Source: an uncultured virus (IMG/VR IMGVR_UViG_2061766007_000699)
Taxonomy: Duplodnaviria > Heunggongvirae > Uroviricota > Caudoviricetes
Virus record (IMG/VR): IMGVR_UViG_2061766007_000699
Strand: one strand, 5' to 3'
DNA length: 64,000 nt
Position numbers and translations under genes: made by a program
In this document: piece by piece, positions 29,303 through 39,593 of the stretch
Layout: every line of letters begins with the position of its first letter
Position numbering within the stretch: position 1 is the stretch's first letter
The notes under the pieces: generated by a model
What the model was told of the DNA's origin: nothing
Database searches by the model: none
The model's input: only the letters and a program-made list of their open reading frames with translations

Positions 29303-29575
29303 TCAATTTCCTGTTGGTTCACAATCCTCGCCCCATTTTTCGTGGCGCAGTCTATTCAGTTCCTCATAGAGAGCATGGTATTCCTTGGCCATCTCCAAAC
29401 ATTCCTGTTCCATTCCACACAGGCCGTCAAGCACCCAATAAGCATCAAATTTGCCGAAACCATCAAAGGCATTGACGGCATCACGAAATGTCTTCAACTC
29501 TTCCACATCTCGCTTGATACCGTTGTTTCCCAATGCGGAAAGAAGCCGCTTCATCAGGTCTTCGGAAAAACACAT
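29303..29575 (-). CDS. Hypothetical protein
   Basis: ORF in a compact operon. Confidence 0.65.
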   Translation of the reverse strand: MCFSEDLMKRLLSALGNNGIKRDVEELKTFRDAVNAFDGFGKFDAYWVLDGLCGMEQECLEMAKEYHALYEELNRLRHEKWGEDCEPTGN

Positions 29576-29578
29576 AAT

Positions 29579-30364
29579 CTAAAATATCCCCTTGATTAAA
29601 CTGCCCAACACACTACCAACAAACCACGAAGAAACAATCACCACAGTATATAGGGCAATCAACTTCAGTTTTTCTTTTAGTGGTGTGTGATATTCGTAGA
29701 CCCTTTCTTGGAACATCGTGGGATACTTCTCAGCCATCTTGACGATTTCAGGATGGTCATCTAGGTATTCCCCAAAATCATTGTAGTGCTTTACCTTCGG
29801 TTTCTCTTCGGAATAGACGGGCTTCAAGAGCGCATCGGAGGGATGGCTGTTCTTTCGGTTTTCTTCCGCCTTCCGTATCAATCGTTTCGCTTCTCTGTTA
29901 GCATCTTGAATAAACTTGCAATGTAAGTGCCTTATATAGTCGGAATTTCTTTTCAATACAACTTTATCATACTCGTGAAAGTCTTTAAATCGTCTGTTTC
30001 TAGGATTGTCTTTCAAATTCACACCAAACCACTCCACGCATTCAATCGCATCTATCAGCGAGTGCTTGAGGTCATCGGTGATTTCATACTTCATCTCTCT
30101 GTAGAATCTATAAACGAGGTCTCTTGCACTTAAAAGATTTTCCATGCTATAGTAAATCCATGGTATCTCCTGAAACTCATTTTCCCAATGCTGTGCGAAA
30201 TCCATACAGCGGACGCCAAATGTCAGATAATCAAAGAACTGTTCTGACACAAACTCTTCATTCACCCTAAGAAACTTTACCAATATCTTGATATGATTGG
30301 TATGGTTTTTACATCCTAACTTTCCGTCACGAAGATAGAAGCATTTGAACATAGTTTTCCTCAC
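29579..30364 (-). CDS. Hypothetical protein with C-terminal transmembrane helix
   Basis: Hydrophobic C-terminus. Confidence 0.7.
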   Translation of the reverse strand: MRKTMFKCFYLRDGKLGCKNHTNHIKILVKFLRVNEEFVSEQFFDYLTFGVRCMDFAQHWENEFQEIPWIYYSMENLLSARDLVYRFYREMKYEITDDLKHSLIDAIECVEWFGVNLKDNPRNRRFKDFHEYDKVVLKRNSDYIRHLHCKFIQDANREAKRLIRKAEENRKNSHPSDALLKPVYSEEKPKVKHYNDFGEYLDDHPEIVKMAEKYPTMFQERVYEYHTPLKEKLKLIALYTVVIVSSWFVGSVLGSLIKGIF

Positions 30365-30579
30365 AGGTCTTTGAAAAAACGGACTCGCTGTCCCAAGATG
30401 TCTTCCACATGCTCACCAACATCGTATGGAAACAGTTTCTCGCCATGAGTGTAGTGCCAAGACAAATCCTCTTTGAAAAGGTATTCGTCAAGTTCAGGCG
30501 AATCCTTGTCAATCAGGTGAAACATGGTATTGGTATCACCTAACCACGAAGCGAGTTCATAAACAGCAACAGTATCCAT
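30361..30579 (-). CDS. Hypothetical protein
   Basis: Follows an extended -10 element TGCTATATT (30588-30596). Confidence 0.65.
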   Translation of the reverse strand: MDTVAVYELASWLGDTNTMFHLIDKDSPELDEYLFKEDLSWHYTHGEKLFPYDVGEHVEDILGQRVRFFKDL

Positions 30580-30627
30580 ACCTGTTCAATATAGCAAAAA
30601 TGTTTGACGGATTTCTGTAAAAATAAG

Positions 30628-31200
30628 TTAACTCTTGTTGTCGGGGTGCCATGTCCTATAACGAAGTTCTACTGTTCCGTAACCCGCACCTTCAAAAGTT
30701 CTCGCCTGACCTACCATGACGGGTTTGAGTTTGGAGGAATCCAATCTATGCACCTGTTCCATTCGGTCTAGTTTGTAGATACGGACAGCGGCATCGTTTT
30801 TACTGTTGATTTTCTTCAAGATGTCCGTGGGCAAATCAACTCTTCTGTTGTTGGTGATGGCTCCTGAAGTGAGACTGTCAACTGCTTCTAGCCAAAGCAA
30901 ACGGGCTTCAACAGGCATCAAGTGGAAATTCAGACCTTCAATGTAGTCTTTGTTTTTGTGATAGCCATAAAAGAAGATGACAGGCTGTCTATCGTAAAAC
31001 CTCTGTTCTTTCGGAGGCAATTTGTGATAGAGAGGGCTTTCCAAGTAATCATAGACGAAAGAATAAAACTGACCTGAACGAAAATCATTCTGAAAATTAT
31101 AGGCATCTTCCAAAGACAAAATCTGTCTTGACATTGACCGAAGATTGTCATCGGTCTTTGTAGAAGGATTGTCAAAATCATTTAATGAATTGTTAATCAT
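30628..31200 (-). CDS. DNA end protector-like protein (T4 gp2-like)
   Basis: G.FY.F.Y, YDRQP and GLNFHLMP...R. Confidence 0.65.
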   Translation of the reverse strand: MINNSLNDFDNPSTKTDDNLRSMSRQILSLEDAYNFQNDFRSGQFYSFVYDYLESPLYHKLPPKEQRFYDRQPVIFFYGYHKNKDYIEGLNFHLMPVEARLLWLEAVDSLTSGAITNNRRVDLPTDILKKINSKNDAAVRIYKLDRMEQVHRLDSSKLKPVMVGQARTFEGAGYGTVELRYRTWHPDNKS

Positions 31201-31786
31201 GATTGTGGAAAACAGGAATGAAAGTCTGTTGCGATTTGAAAGAAGAGTATTTGCGGTGCCTCTTCTTTTTCTTGGGTGTCATCGGAACTTTAGGAACTCC
31301 CTGTCCTTTACCGCCTGAGATGACTCCTCCCATTCCAACAGAGCCCAAACCTGTAGTAAAAGTTTCTCTGATGTAAGGTAGAGGTATATCACCTTTTCTG
31401 TTCTTGGTATTGGTAAGAACAAAACAGGAAACGAAAACGGATTTCTTCAAAATGCTTCTGAGGATTCTGTTAACATCATAGTAGACATTTGCCAAATCAC
31501 TGTTGAGAAGAGGATTTTTTGACAAAACTTTAATGAATACATCGCCAAGGATTACCGTAGTGTCAGTTATACTACAGTCAGGTCTTCTGTCAAGCAAAAT
31601 GTTTTGGACAATGGAAACAATGTCGTTGATGACATCGGGGGAAACTCTTTTTCCATTATTGTCAAGACATTTGAAATAGACTTCGTATTCCAAATTCAAT
31701 ACTTCATTTTTACCATCAAATTTGAATCTATTTTTATGCTTATTCTTCTTGTTTATTTTATTTTTTATAGGTTTCTTGACAATCAT
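31193..31786 (-). CDS. Hypothetical late protein
   Basis: CTAAATA at 31822-31828; basic, Gly-rich C-terminus after IRE. Confidence 0.6.
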   Translation of the reverse strand: MIVKKPIKNKINKKNKHKNRFKFDGKNEVLNLEYEVYFKCLDNNGKRVSPDVINDIVSIVQNILLDRRPDCSITDTTVILGDVFIKVLSKNPLLNSDLANVYYDVNRILRSILKKSVFVSCFVLTNTKNRKGDIPLPYIRETFTTGLGSVGMGGVISGGKGQGVPKVPMTPKKKKRHRKYSSFKSQQTFIPVFHNHD

Positions 31787-32712
31787 GAAAAAGTCCTTTT
31801 AGAAAGGGTATACTATGCCATTATTTAGGGCTTAAAACCTTTAGGACTTTCTAACAATCTGTTCTTCTAGTTTCCTCAGTTATACCGCTATGGCGAAGGC
31901 GAAGNNNNNNNNNNNNNNNNNNNNNNNNNNNNNNNNNNNNNNNNNNNNNNNNNNNNNNNNNNNNNNNNNNNNNNNNNNNNNNNNNNNNNNNNNNNNNNNN
32001 NNNNNNNNNNNNNNNNNNNNNNNNNNNNNNNNNNNNNNNNNNNNNNNNNNNNNNNNNNNNNNNNNNNNNNNNNNNNNNNNNNNNNNNNNNNNNNNNNNNN
32101 NNNNNNNNNNNNNNNNNNNNNNNNNNNNNNNNNNNNNNNNNNNNNNNNNNNNNNNNNNNNNNNNNNNNNNNNNNNNNNNNNNNNNNNNNNNNNNNNNNNN
32201 NNNNNNNNNNNNNNNNNNNNNNNNNNNNNNNNNNNNNNNNNNNNNNNNNNNNNNNNNNNNNNNNNNNNNNNNNNNNNNNNNNNNNNNNNNNNNNNNNNNN
32301 NNNNNNNNNNNNNNNNNNNNNNNNNNNNNNNNNNNNNNNNNNNNNNNNNNNNNNNNNNNNNNNNNNNNNNNNNNNNNNNNNNNNNNNNNNNNNNNNNNNN
32401 NNNNNNNNNNNNNNNNNNNNNNNNNNNNNNNNNNNNNNNNNNNNNNNNNNNNNNNNNNNNNNNNNNNNNNNNNNNNNNNNNNNNNNNNNNNNNNNNNNNN
32501 NNNNNNNNNNNNNNNNNNNNNNNNNNNNNNNNNNNNNNNNNNNNNNNNNNNNNNNNNNNNNNNNNNNNNNNNNNNNNNNNNNNNNNNNNNNNNNNNNNNN
32601 NNNNNNNNNNNNNNNNNNNNNNNNNNNNNNNNNNNNNNNNNNNNNNNNNNNNNNNNNNNNNNNNNNNNNNNNNNNNNNNNNNNNNNNNNNNNNNNNNNNN
32701 NNNNNNNNNNNA

Positions 32713-33828
32713 GAAGAACTTTACAGAGAGCACGGTGTGTCCTTCACACCAAAAGCATGGCTTTTCAAAGAAGAATATCCGTGGATGAACGAATGCGATT
32801 CAAGAGCCATTCTCATGGCTTCTAGAAACGCTGAGATGGCATACAAGAATTGGTTTAGGAATCTGAAGAAAGGCATTAAGAAAGGACACCCAAAATACAA
32901 GAAGAAGTCTGCGAGGGGTTCTTATACGAACACCAATATGCCTAAAGACCCTAACAAGCTGTTCAGGAAAGGCGGAATCTTCATTCCAAAATGCGGTGTT
33001 GTAAAGTTCAGGTCTCACCAAGATATGTCAAGTATTAAGAACATTAGAAACCTGACAATCAAGAGAACCGCTAGCGGAAAGTATTTCTGCTCCATCTGTT
33101 GCGATTGTGAAATCAAGTCTTTGGAAAAGACGGGTGCTGTAGTTGGATTGGATTTGGGTATCAAAGATGCTATCATTACTTCTGACGGGCAGAAGTTTGA
33201 AAACAAGAAATTTTTGAAGCGTGGAGAGAAACGGATTAAGCAACTGCATAAATCCGTTTCTCGCAAACGCAAAGGTAGCAAGAACAGGGACAAAGCTAGA
33301 ACTAGACTTGCTATCGCCTATGAAAAACTAGGCAACAAACGGAAGGATTACCTTCAGAAAATGACCACAACGCTATTAATGGACTATGATGTCATCTGCA
33401 TAGAGGATTTGAATGTGCAAGGAATGATGAAGAATCATTCCTTGGCCAAGTCAATATCCGATGTTTCGTTCTACGAAATCAGAAGGCAACTAGAATACAA
33501 GTGCAAATGGTATGGAAAGGAATTGGTGACCATCAGCAGATGGTCACCGACTTCCAAGACCTGTAACCATTGTGGTCATGTTATGGATAATTTCAACTTG
33601 GGCATTCGTGAATGGGTCTGCCCTGAGTGCGGAACGCACCATGACAGGGACATCAACGCCGCCAAGAACATTCTAGACGAGGGTATGAAAATGATGTTCA
33701 ACGATAGGACAGGGGATGTCCGAATTTACGCTTGTGAAGAGGAGAGTTCAAGGTCTTTTACCTTTAGCTCCTCGTTGAAGCAAGAATTATGTGCAAGCTC
33801 CACTGACGATGTGGAACTGTGTATGTAA
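32713..33828 (+). mobile_element. tnpB: TnpB RNA-guided endonuclease (IS200/IS605 or IS607 family); 5' end in the N gap
   Basis: RuvC motifs GLDLG, IEDL and DRDINAA; zinc finger CNHC/CPEC; reading frame open into the gap. Confidence 0.93.
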
Positions 33829-33850
33829 ATCCCAAAATTACTATATTCTA
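33680..33850 (+). ncRNA. Putative omegaRNA (scaffold plus guide) overlapping the tnpB 3' end; limits approximate
   Basis: Known TnpB architecture; GAGGAG/CTCCTC and TCCAC/GTGGA stems are present. Confidence 0.5.
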
Positions 33851-33869
33851 CTCATCAAGAGGAATCCTT

Positions 33870-34745
33870 ATGCTGACTGATTTCACCGAGACACAGCGCA
33901 AGTTGGTAATCATTGACTACAACAACATGATGTATCGCAATCTGTATGTCGCTTTCAAGACAGACCCGCTTGACGAAAAGTTTGTCTTTTGGAAGTATCA
34001 GATGGTCAACTCTCTCTTTTGGGTGCTGAAAAACCATTTGCCTGACGAAGTTGTAGTGGCGGCAGACATTGGCACTTCATGGAGAAAGCAGAGGATTTGG
34101 GATGGCTACAAGGCCAAGCGAAATTCTAACAGAGAAAGCAGTCCCATTGACTTTGAGAAGTTCTTTGCCGTGGAAGGCGAGTTTTGGAATCAGATTTCCA
34201 CTAGTTTTGCGAATTGGAAATGGCTTCGGTTGAACGGAACGGAAGCAGACGATATTATTGCCACTGTCACGAAGAACGAGCCGAACAAGGAAATCATTTG
34301 CATTTCCACTGACAAAGACTTTCAACAGCTATACAGGCGCAAGAATTTTCGTCAGTATAATGCCGTCAAGCGAGATTGGATGGATTGCATGAATCCTGAC
34401 ATTGCGCTCCAAATCAAGGTGCTCACAGGAGACTCTTCGGACAACATTCCTCCTGTTCGCAAAGGGATTGGCATAAAGACCGCTCAGAAGATGATTAACA
34501 ACGGAACGGTAGACCTCTTTTTGTCTGACCCCACCATCAACGAAAACTATGTCCGCAACAAGGCTTTGATTGACATGGACATGATACCTGAGGACATCCA
34601 ACAGGGTATCATGGAGAACTACAACTTGGCTAGCGGAAACTTTGACGGGCGATGTGCCTTCAAGTTCCTGACTGAAAACACCCCCAATTTGATAGACAAC
34701 GCACAGGAATTTTTCAGCATGGCCAAGAGGTGCACTAAAGTCTAA
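33870..34745 (+). CDS. rnh: RNase H / 5'-3' exonuclease
   Basis: IIDYNN, YKAKR, EADDII, STDKDF and GDSSDNIP. Confidence 0.93.
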   Translation: MLTDFTETQRKLVIIDYNNMMYRNLYVAFKTDPLDEKFVFWKYQMVNSLFWVLKNHLPDEVVVAADIGTSWRKQRIWDGYKAKRNSNRESSPIDFEKFFAVEGEFWNQISTSFANWKWLRLNGTEADDIIATVTKNEPNKEIICISTDKDFQQLYRRKNFRQYNAVKRDWMDCMNPDIALQIKVLTGDSSDNIPPVRKGIGIKTAQKMINNGTVDLFLSDPTINENYVRNKALIDMDMIPEDIQQGIMENYNLASGNFDGRCAFKFLTENTPNLIDNAQEFFSMAKRCTKV

Positions 34746-34798
34746 CAACGCTACATATCCATAATGACACGAATCAATCCCAAAACGAGGATGACATT

Positions 34799-34960
34799 AT
34801 GGAAGAAGATGAATTGGATTTTGATAGAGAACATCACGGCTTCTATTGCGAGGAAGACGAGGAAGGATACGAAGAAGAAGTGGCGGAATTAGACAGCTAC
34901 TACAGAGAGAAGTGGAACAACATCAAGAAAAACATTTGGGATAGCTTGGATGACGATTAG
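34799..34960 (+). CDS. Very acidic 53-aa protein
   Basis: MEEDELDFDREHHGFYCEEDEEGYEEE...; GAGG SD; below the ORF-track cutoff. Confidence 0.6.
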   Translation: MEEDELDFDREHHGFYCEEDEEGYEEEVAELDSYYREKWNNIKKNIWDSLDDD

Positions 34961-35366
34961 CGAATTTGAATCACTGAAGAAGACCGCAGAAGATGAGTTG
35001 AAGTTTGACAAATCCAATGCGGCAGAGAAGAACATTCTGTTGCCAAACCTCTATCAGAAGTGGCTTGGTATCTTCAATACCGAATCTTCTAGATTGGCAG
35101 TCATTCGCCTTGACTTGGAAAAGAAGTCAGGCGAACTCTATCAGTTCTACAAAAACGAAGATAAGATTGCACATGACACCATGAAGGAAATTGAAGGGTG
35201 TATCGCCTCCAATCCCGAATACCTTGAACTCAAGGCGAAGGAAATCAAACAGGCGGCAATCGTGGACTACTTGGAAGGCACCCTAAATAACATCAAGCAA
35301 CTTTCATACTCACTAAAGAATTTCGTGGAATACCAAAAAATACAGCTAGGTATGGGGACATTATGA
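34950..35366 (+). CDS. uvsY: Recombination mediator UvsY-like
   Basis: Size, helical pattern (LYQKWL...YLEGTL.NIKQLSY.LKN) and proximity to uvsX. Confidence 0.8.
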   Translation: MTISEFESLKKTAEDELKFDKSNAAEKNILLPNLYQKWLGIFNTESSRLAVIRLDLEKKSGELYQFYKNEDKIAHDTMKEIEGCIASNPEYLELKAKEIKQAAIVDYLEGTLNNIKQLSYSLKNFVEYQKIQLGMGTL

Positions 35367-35599
35367 GAATACAATACATTTTTGACAGTTCATGTAGTGC
35401 GGATGTTCAGAGCAAGATACTTATGGTAGAAAACAATTCTACAGGTAAGACTGTCGCTGAAACAATCTCTCGTGTGCTACAGAATCTGAATCGTTATGGT
35501 CTAATCGCAAGAGACATCAAGAATGATGCGGAGACCATCACTTTCTATGTGGAAAGTTCCAACAAGGATATGGGCGAGAAAAGCGTTTTGCTTGGGTAG
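35363..35599 (+). CDS. Hypothetical protein
   Basis: Translationally coupled ORF. Confidence 0.65.
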   Translation: MRIQYIFDSSCSADVQSKILMVENNSTGKTVAETISRVLQNLNRYGLIARDIKNDAETITFYVESSNKDMGEKSVLLG

Positions 35600-35605
35600 C
35601 TGAAG

Positions 35606-35965
35606 ATGGATGCGAGAAAAGAGCACACCTCTGACATCATGATGGCGGTAATGCTCCGCAAGTTGTTGAAACCCGCAACGGCTTCAAAGGCATTTCAGTA
35701 TGGCCTGATAAACAACAAGGGTCAGCAAATCAGAGAGCCAAAGACGAAAACGGAAGAGGAATCCATCACTAGTTTGGACAAATTGGTGTGGAAGATACAG
35801 CGTATGCTTGGAACTAGGATTAACGAGCTACAGATGTTCTCCTACCTAAACTCTTTCCCCGAAGAAATTGAGAACTACCTGTATACAACGAGCTCTGTTT
35901 GGAACAGAAGTCAGGTCACACGAGCTAAAGTTGACCTGAAGAAACTTGACCAACTAGGGCGATAA
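35606..35965 (+). CDS. T4 gp30.3-like hypothetical protein
   Basis: AFQYGLIN.KG...T.LDKLVWKIQRML. Confidence 0.6.
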   Translation: MDARKEHTSDIMMAVMLRKLLKPATASKAFQYGLINNKGQQIREPKTKTEEESITSLDKLVWKIQRMLGTRINELQMFSYLNSFPEEIENYLYTTSSVWNRSQVTRAKVDLKKLDQLGR

Positions 35966-35980
35966 CAACAAGGGAAATCA

Positions 35981-37012
35981 ATGAAACATAAAACCTTATC
36001 TCAACTGAAAGACTTTACCGATTACATTTTGAAAGACGAGCCAAGAGAATTTATCTCTTCGGATGTCGCTTCAATCAACATCCTTTTCTCAGGCTCGCCG
36101 TTTGGCGGCATTGAGAAGGGTGTGGTCAACATGATTTCCGCTGACTCCTCTCTAGGCAAGTCGCTGATTGGCATGAAGTTCCTTAAGAACGCTCAGAAGG
36201 CGGGGATGGATTGCTATGTCATTGACTCCGAAAAAGCCTTCAACAAAAAGACAGCGGAATCCTTTGGTGTAGATACTTCTGAAGATGCGTTGACCGTGTT
36301 TCAGATTTGCGACACTGTGGAAATCAAAAAGTTGCTATCCATTCTAGCGGAAGACAGGTCTAGAGAGGAGCGCAAAAACACATTCATCATTCTTGACTCT
36401 TGGGGTGCACTTACTACGCCCGTCATTCTCAAGAAAGCGGAAGAAGGCTCTGAGACACAGGACATGAGCAAGCCTCGTTGGCTGAACGATTTGGCCACGA
36501 TTCTGAATGCGTATGACCAAACAATTTTCGTGGTCAACCATGTCTATTCCAACACGGGCGGATTCGGTGACCCCTTCTCAGTCCCCGGCGGCAAACGGCT
36601 CTACTTCGTCTCCCAAAATATCGTGTTGGCGATGAGCAAGGCCAAGGACAAAGACAGTTCAGGCGAGGTGTCAGGTGCTGTGATGACGGCCATTTCAAAG
36701 AAAGGTCGCAACTCCAAGGAAAACATCAAGCTAAAGTATCGTATCAAGCACAATGGCGGTCTTGACCCGTGGTATGGTCTGTTGGAACCCGCAATGGAAG
36801 GCGGATATGTCATCAAGCCGAAGAACGGAAAATACTCTAGGGCCTTCATGACCGATGACAAAGAATGGAAGGAAGATGACCTGTATTGTTCCGAGTTTTG
36901 GAAACCTCTCTTCAAGGAAACCGACTTTGAACAATACCTCATCAAGCAGTATACATACGAAAACAACAAGTCAACAGACAATCTAGAGGAAGAAGAAAAT
37001 GAAGACGATTAG
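35981..37012 (+). CDS. uvsX: UvsX RecA-like recombinase
   Basis: Walker A ADSSLGKS, DSEKA, LDSWG, VNHVY and PGG. Confidence 0.92.
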   Translation: MKHKTLSQLKDFTDYILKDEPREFISSDVASINILFSGSPFGGIEKGVVNMISADSSLGKSLIGMKFLKNAQKAGMDCYVIDSEKAFNKKTAESFGVDTSEDALTVFQICDTVEIKKLLSILAEDRSREERKNTFIILDSWGALTTPVILKKAEEGSETQDMSKPRWLNDLATILNAYDQTIFVVNHVYSNTGGFGDPFSVPGGKRLYFVSQNIVLAMSKAKDKDSSGEVSGAVMTAISKKGRNSKENIKLKYRIKHNGGLDPWYGLLEPAMEGGYVIKPKNGKYSRAFMTDDKEWKEDDLYCSEFWKPLFKETDFEQYLIKQYTYENNKSTDNLEEEENEDD

Positions 37013-37445
37013 CATTACCCGTAAGAAGGCTATTTCCGCTTTTGAATCCATCAACACCATGAAGGACAAGATTGTGTCTCCGAAGGTAGCATACTTCTAT
37101 TGCCGCAATCTTGACATTCTCCAAAAGGAAATCACCGCCATTCAGGAGGCTCAGAAGACCCTACAGATTACTCCTGAAATTGATGCCTACAACAAGAAAC
37201 AGCAGAAGTTGGCGGAAGAACTAGGACAGGGCACGGCTGAATACGCTGAGAAGTCAACGCAACTATACAACGAAAACATTGACCTGATTAATGCGTATCG
37301 GGAGAAGGAAAAGCAGTTCAACGATTTCCTTGAAGAGAGTGTTGAGATGGATGTCGCTACCATTTCGGTGAACGATATTCCTTCTGACCTTTTCACCGCC
37401 AACGATTACAGCAACTTGTTTGAGTTTCTTGAGGACTTCAGCTAG
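36999..37445 (+). CDS. Hypothetical helical protein
   Basis: ORF overlapping the uvsX stop. Confidence 0.75.
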   Translation: MKTISITRKKAISAFESINTMKDKIVSPKVAYFYCRNLDILQKEITAIQEAQKTLQITPEIDAYNKKQQKLAEELGQGTAEYAEKSTQLYNENIDLINAYREKEKQFNDFLEESVEMDVATISVNDIPSDLFTANDYSNLFEFLEDFS

Positions 37446-37475
37446 TCTGTAAAACTTTCGTTAACATGGTCTTTT

Positions 37476-37496
37476 GTTCGCCAAATTTTGTATATT
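37476..37496 (+). promoter_or_regulatory. Putative promoter GTTCGCCAAA-N5-TATATT
   Basis: Same motif with the same spacing at 42328-42348. Confidence 0.55.
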
Positions 37497-37540
37497 GTTT
37501 GGCGTAAGAACTTGAAACACCAAACTCCAACGGAGACACC

Positions 37541-38839
37541 ATGACCATCGTTGAAATTCTGAACGCTCTTCAGTCCTCTCCCACGGCTGACGAAAAACGC
37601 TCCATCATTTTGGAAAACAATTCCAAGGTGTTGGAGCGTGTTTTCAGCGACACCTATTCCGCCGACAAATACAACATCACCCCGAAGAATCTGACTTTCG
37701 GTGAAGTGAACGGCACCAAGACCATTGACTCCGACTATGGCGAATTTCATGGCCTTCTGCTTGAACTGAAGGACAGGGAAATCACGGGCTCTGCCGCTCT
37801 TCATGAAACTCAGTCTGTCATCAATGAGTTTGACATCAACTCACAGGAAATTCTCAGGCGCATTCTTGACCGCAATCTCTGCGTTGGTATCACCAAGGCA
37901 CAGTTTGATAAGATTGTCGGCAACGAAAAGGAAAACGCTTTTGAAGTCGCTCTCGCCTACAATCTTGACAAAGTGAATGGGGTCAATCCGATTGACGGCA
38001 CCTATTTCGCTAGTCGCAAGTTGGACGGTCTGCGTTGTATCGCCAAAGTGGATATGGTGAATCGTGAAGTCACTTTCTTCAGCCGTCAGAACAAGGTCTT
38101 CACCACTCTTGACAATCTGAAGAGCAAGGTGCTTGATTTCTTCGGGGCTTTTGTCGGTGTTTGGTATCTTGACGGTGAATGCTGTCTCATCAACGAAAAG
38201 GGCGAAGAGGACTTTCAGGCAATTATGAAGGAAGCCCGAAAGAAAGACCACACCATTGCCAATCCCTCTTACTGTGTCTTTGACATCCTGTCCGAAGAAG
38301 AGTTCTACGGCAAGGTGAAGTCTAGGGATTTCTCCAAGCGATATGAACTCCTGAAGAAACTTCACAAGCAGAGCAACATCATCGTGCTTGAACAGGAAAG
38401 GCTCACCACTCAGGAGCAGTTTGACTCGTGGGCGGAGAAGGTGAAGAAGAATGGATGGGAAGGATTCATGCTCAGGAAGGATTGCGCCTACCGTTCGGGT
38501 CGCACCAAAGACCTCCTCAAAGTCAAGAAATTCCATGATGCGGAATATGTGGTGAAGGCGGTGAACTTCGGGGACATCAATTATGCGGTGCCGGGTGAAG
38601 GGGTCAAGATGTTCAAAAACATCGTCAAGGATTTCGTCATCGTCCACAATGGGTGTGAAGTGCATGTTGGGTCAGGTCTCACCAAGGAACAGCGTATCAA
38701 ATATGCTGAGCACCCCGAAGAACTGATTGGAAAGACCGTTACCATTCAGTATTTTGAAGAGACCAAGAATCAGAATGGCGGATACTCTCTGCGTTTCCCC
38801 ATTCTCAAGTATGTCTACGAAAACGGAAGGGATTGTTAA
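37541..38839 (+). CDS. gp30: ATP-dependent DNA ligase (gp30-like)
   Basis: KLDGLR, LDGE, EGFMLR, LLKVK, VGSG and SLRFP. Confidence 0.96.
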   Translation: MTIVEILNALQSSPTADEKRSIILENNSKVLERVFSDTYSADKYNITPKNLTFGEVNGTKTIDSDYGEFHGLLLELKDREITGSAALHETQSVINEFDINSQEILRRILDRNLCVGITKAQFDKIVGNEKENAFEVALAYNLDKVNGVNPIDGTYFASRKLDGLRCIAKVDMVNREVTFFSRQNKVFTTLDNLKSKVLDFFGAFVGVWYLDGECCLINEKGEEDFQAIMKEARKKDHTIANPSYCVFDILSEEEFYGKVKSRDFSKRYELLKKLHKQSNIIVLEQERLTTQEQFDSWAEKVKKNGWEGFMLRKDCAYRSGRTKDLLKVKKFHDAEYVVKAVNFGDINYAVPGEGVKMFKNIVKDFVIVHNGCEVHVGSGLTKEQRIKYAEHPEELIGKTVTIQYFEETKNQNGGYSLRFPILKYVYENGRDC

Positions 38840-39516
38840 TGCGATACTCATATAAGGAATACGAGAAGTCATTACAGCACTTCAAAGATGTTGCGTTCTC
38901 CGCAATTACAATAGTTCTAGATGATGAGACAGTTGAGTGTTTCGTCAGTTGGCTCAATCTCGCCCTCAATGATGGGAGCGACATTGAGTGTAGCGTGAAT
39001 TACACCAAGGCGAACAAGCGAAAGAAGGAAGTCGCAAAAATCTCCGTTCATATCGGGGACTTCTACCTTGACAATGGCCCTGTGGCCAATCTCATGAAGA
39101 AGAACAAAGATGACGATATTAAGACAGACATCATCTTAATGATTAATTATCTGTCTGAGAACATCAGACTGTGGTGCAATATCAAGAAAATGGATGAAGA
39201 CCTGTTCATTCAGTGCTACAAGCCAACGGACTTGTTTGCGTTCGCTAGACTCATGGCCACAAACACGGACTCTTGTGATTCCAAATACGAGAAGGTGATT
39301 TACGAAGGTGTTGATTTGATTGCTAGCGTAGTCAAACAATGCGTCTGTCTGATGTTCAAGGAATCCAAGTATGTTCTTTCGTTTCCTTCTGTTGGTATCT
39401 TCATTGAATACAATGAAAACAATCCTGAGTGGTATGTTAGTGCGCTGAAGACATACAACAATGAAATCATAAATTTTATTGAAGATGTTTTCTCGGAAGA
39501 ACATCAAATCGTTTAG
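38839..39516 (+). CDS. Hypothetical protein
   Basis: TAATG coupling to the ligase. Confidence 0.75.
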   Translation: MRYSYKEYEKSLQHFKDVAFSAITIVLDDETVECFVSWLNLALNDGSDIECSVNYTKANKRKKEVAKISVHIGDFYLDNGPVANLMKKNKDDDIKTDIILMINYLSENIRLWCNIKKMDEDLFIQCYKPTDLFAFARLMATNTDSCDSKYEKVIYEGVDLIASVVKQCVCLMFKESKYVLSFPSVGIFIEYNENNPEWYVSALKTYNNEIINFIEDVFSEEHQIV

Positions 39517-39559
39517 CAAATAGCCAAAAATCCGACATCCGATTGCTATATATTTTCTG

Positions 39560-39591
39560 AGGACATCAGGAGAGTAGGACATCAGGAGAGT
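39560..39591 (+). repeat. Perfect 16-bp tandem duplication of the polymerase ribosome-binding site
   Basis: AGGACATCAGGAGAGT twice, directly before AA-ATG. Confidence 0.9.
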
Positions 39592-39593
39592 AA

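Noticed and set aside
31888..32825. Two long poly-X ORFs, or a CRISPR array hidden next to tnpB (Cas12f-like system)
   Set aside because: The ORFs are gap artefacts. No repeats are visible on either side, and the gap must hold the TnpB N-terminus. This cannot be fully excluded until the gap is closed.
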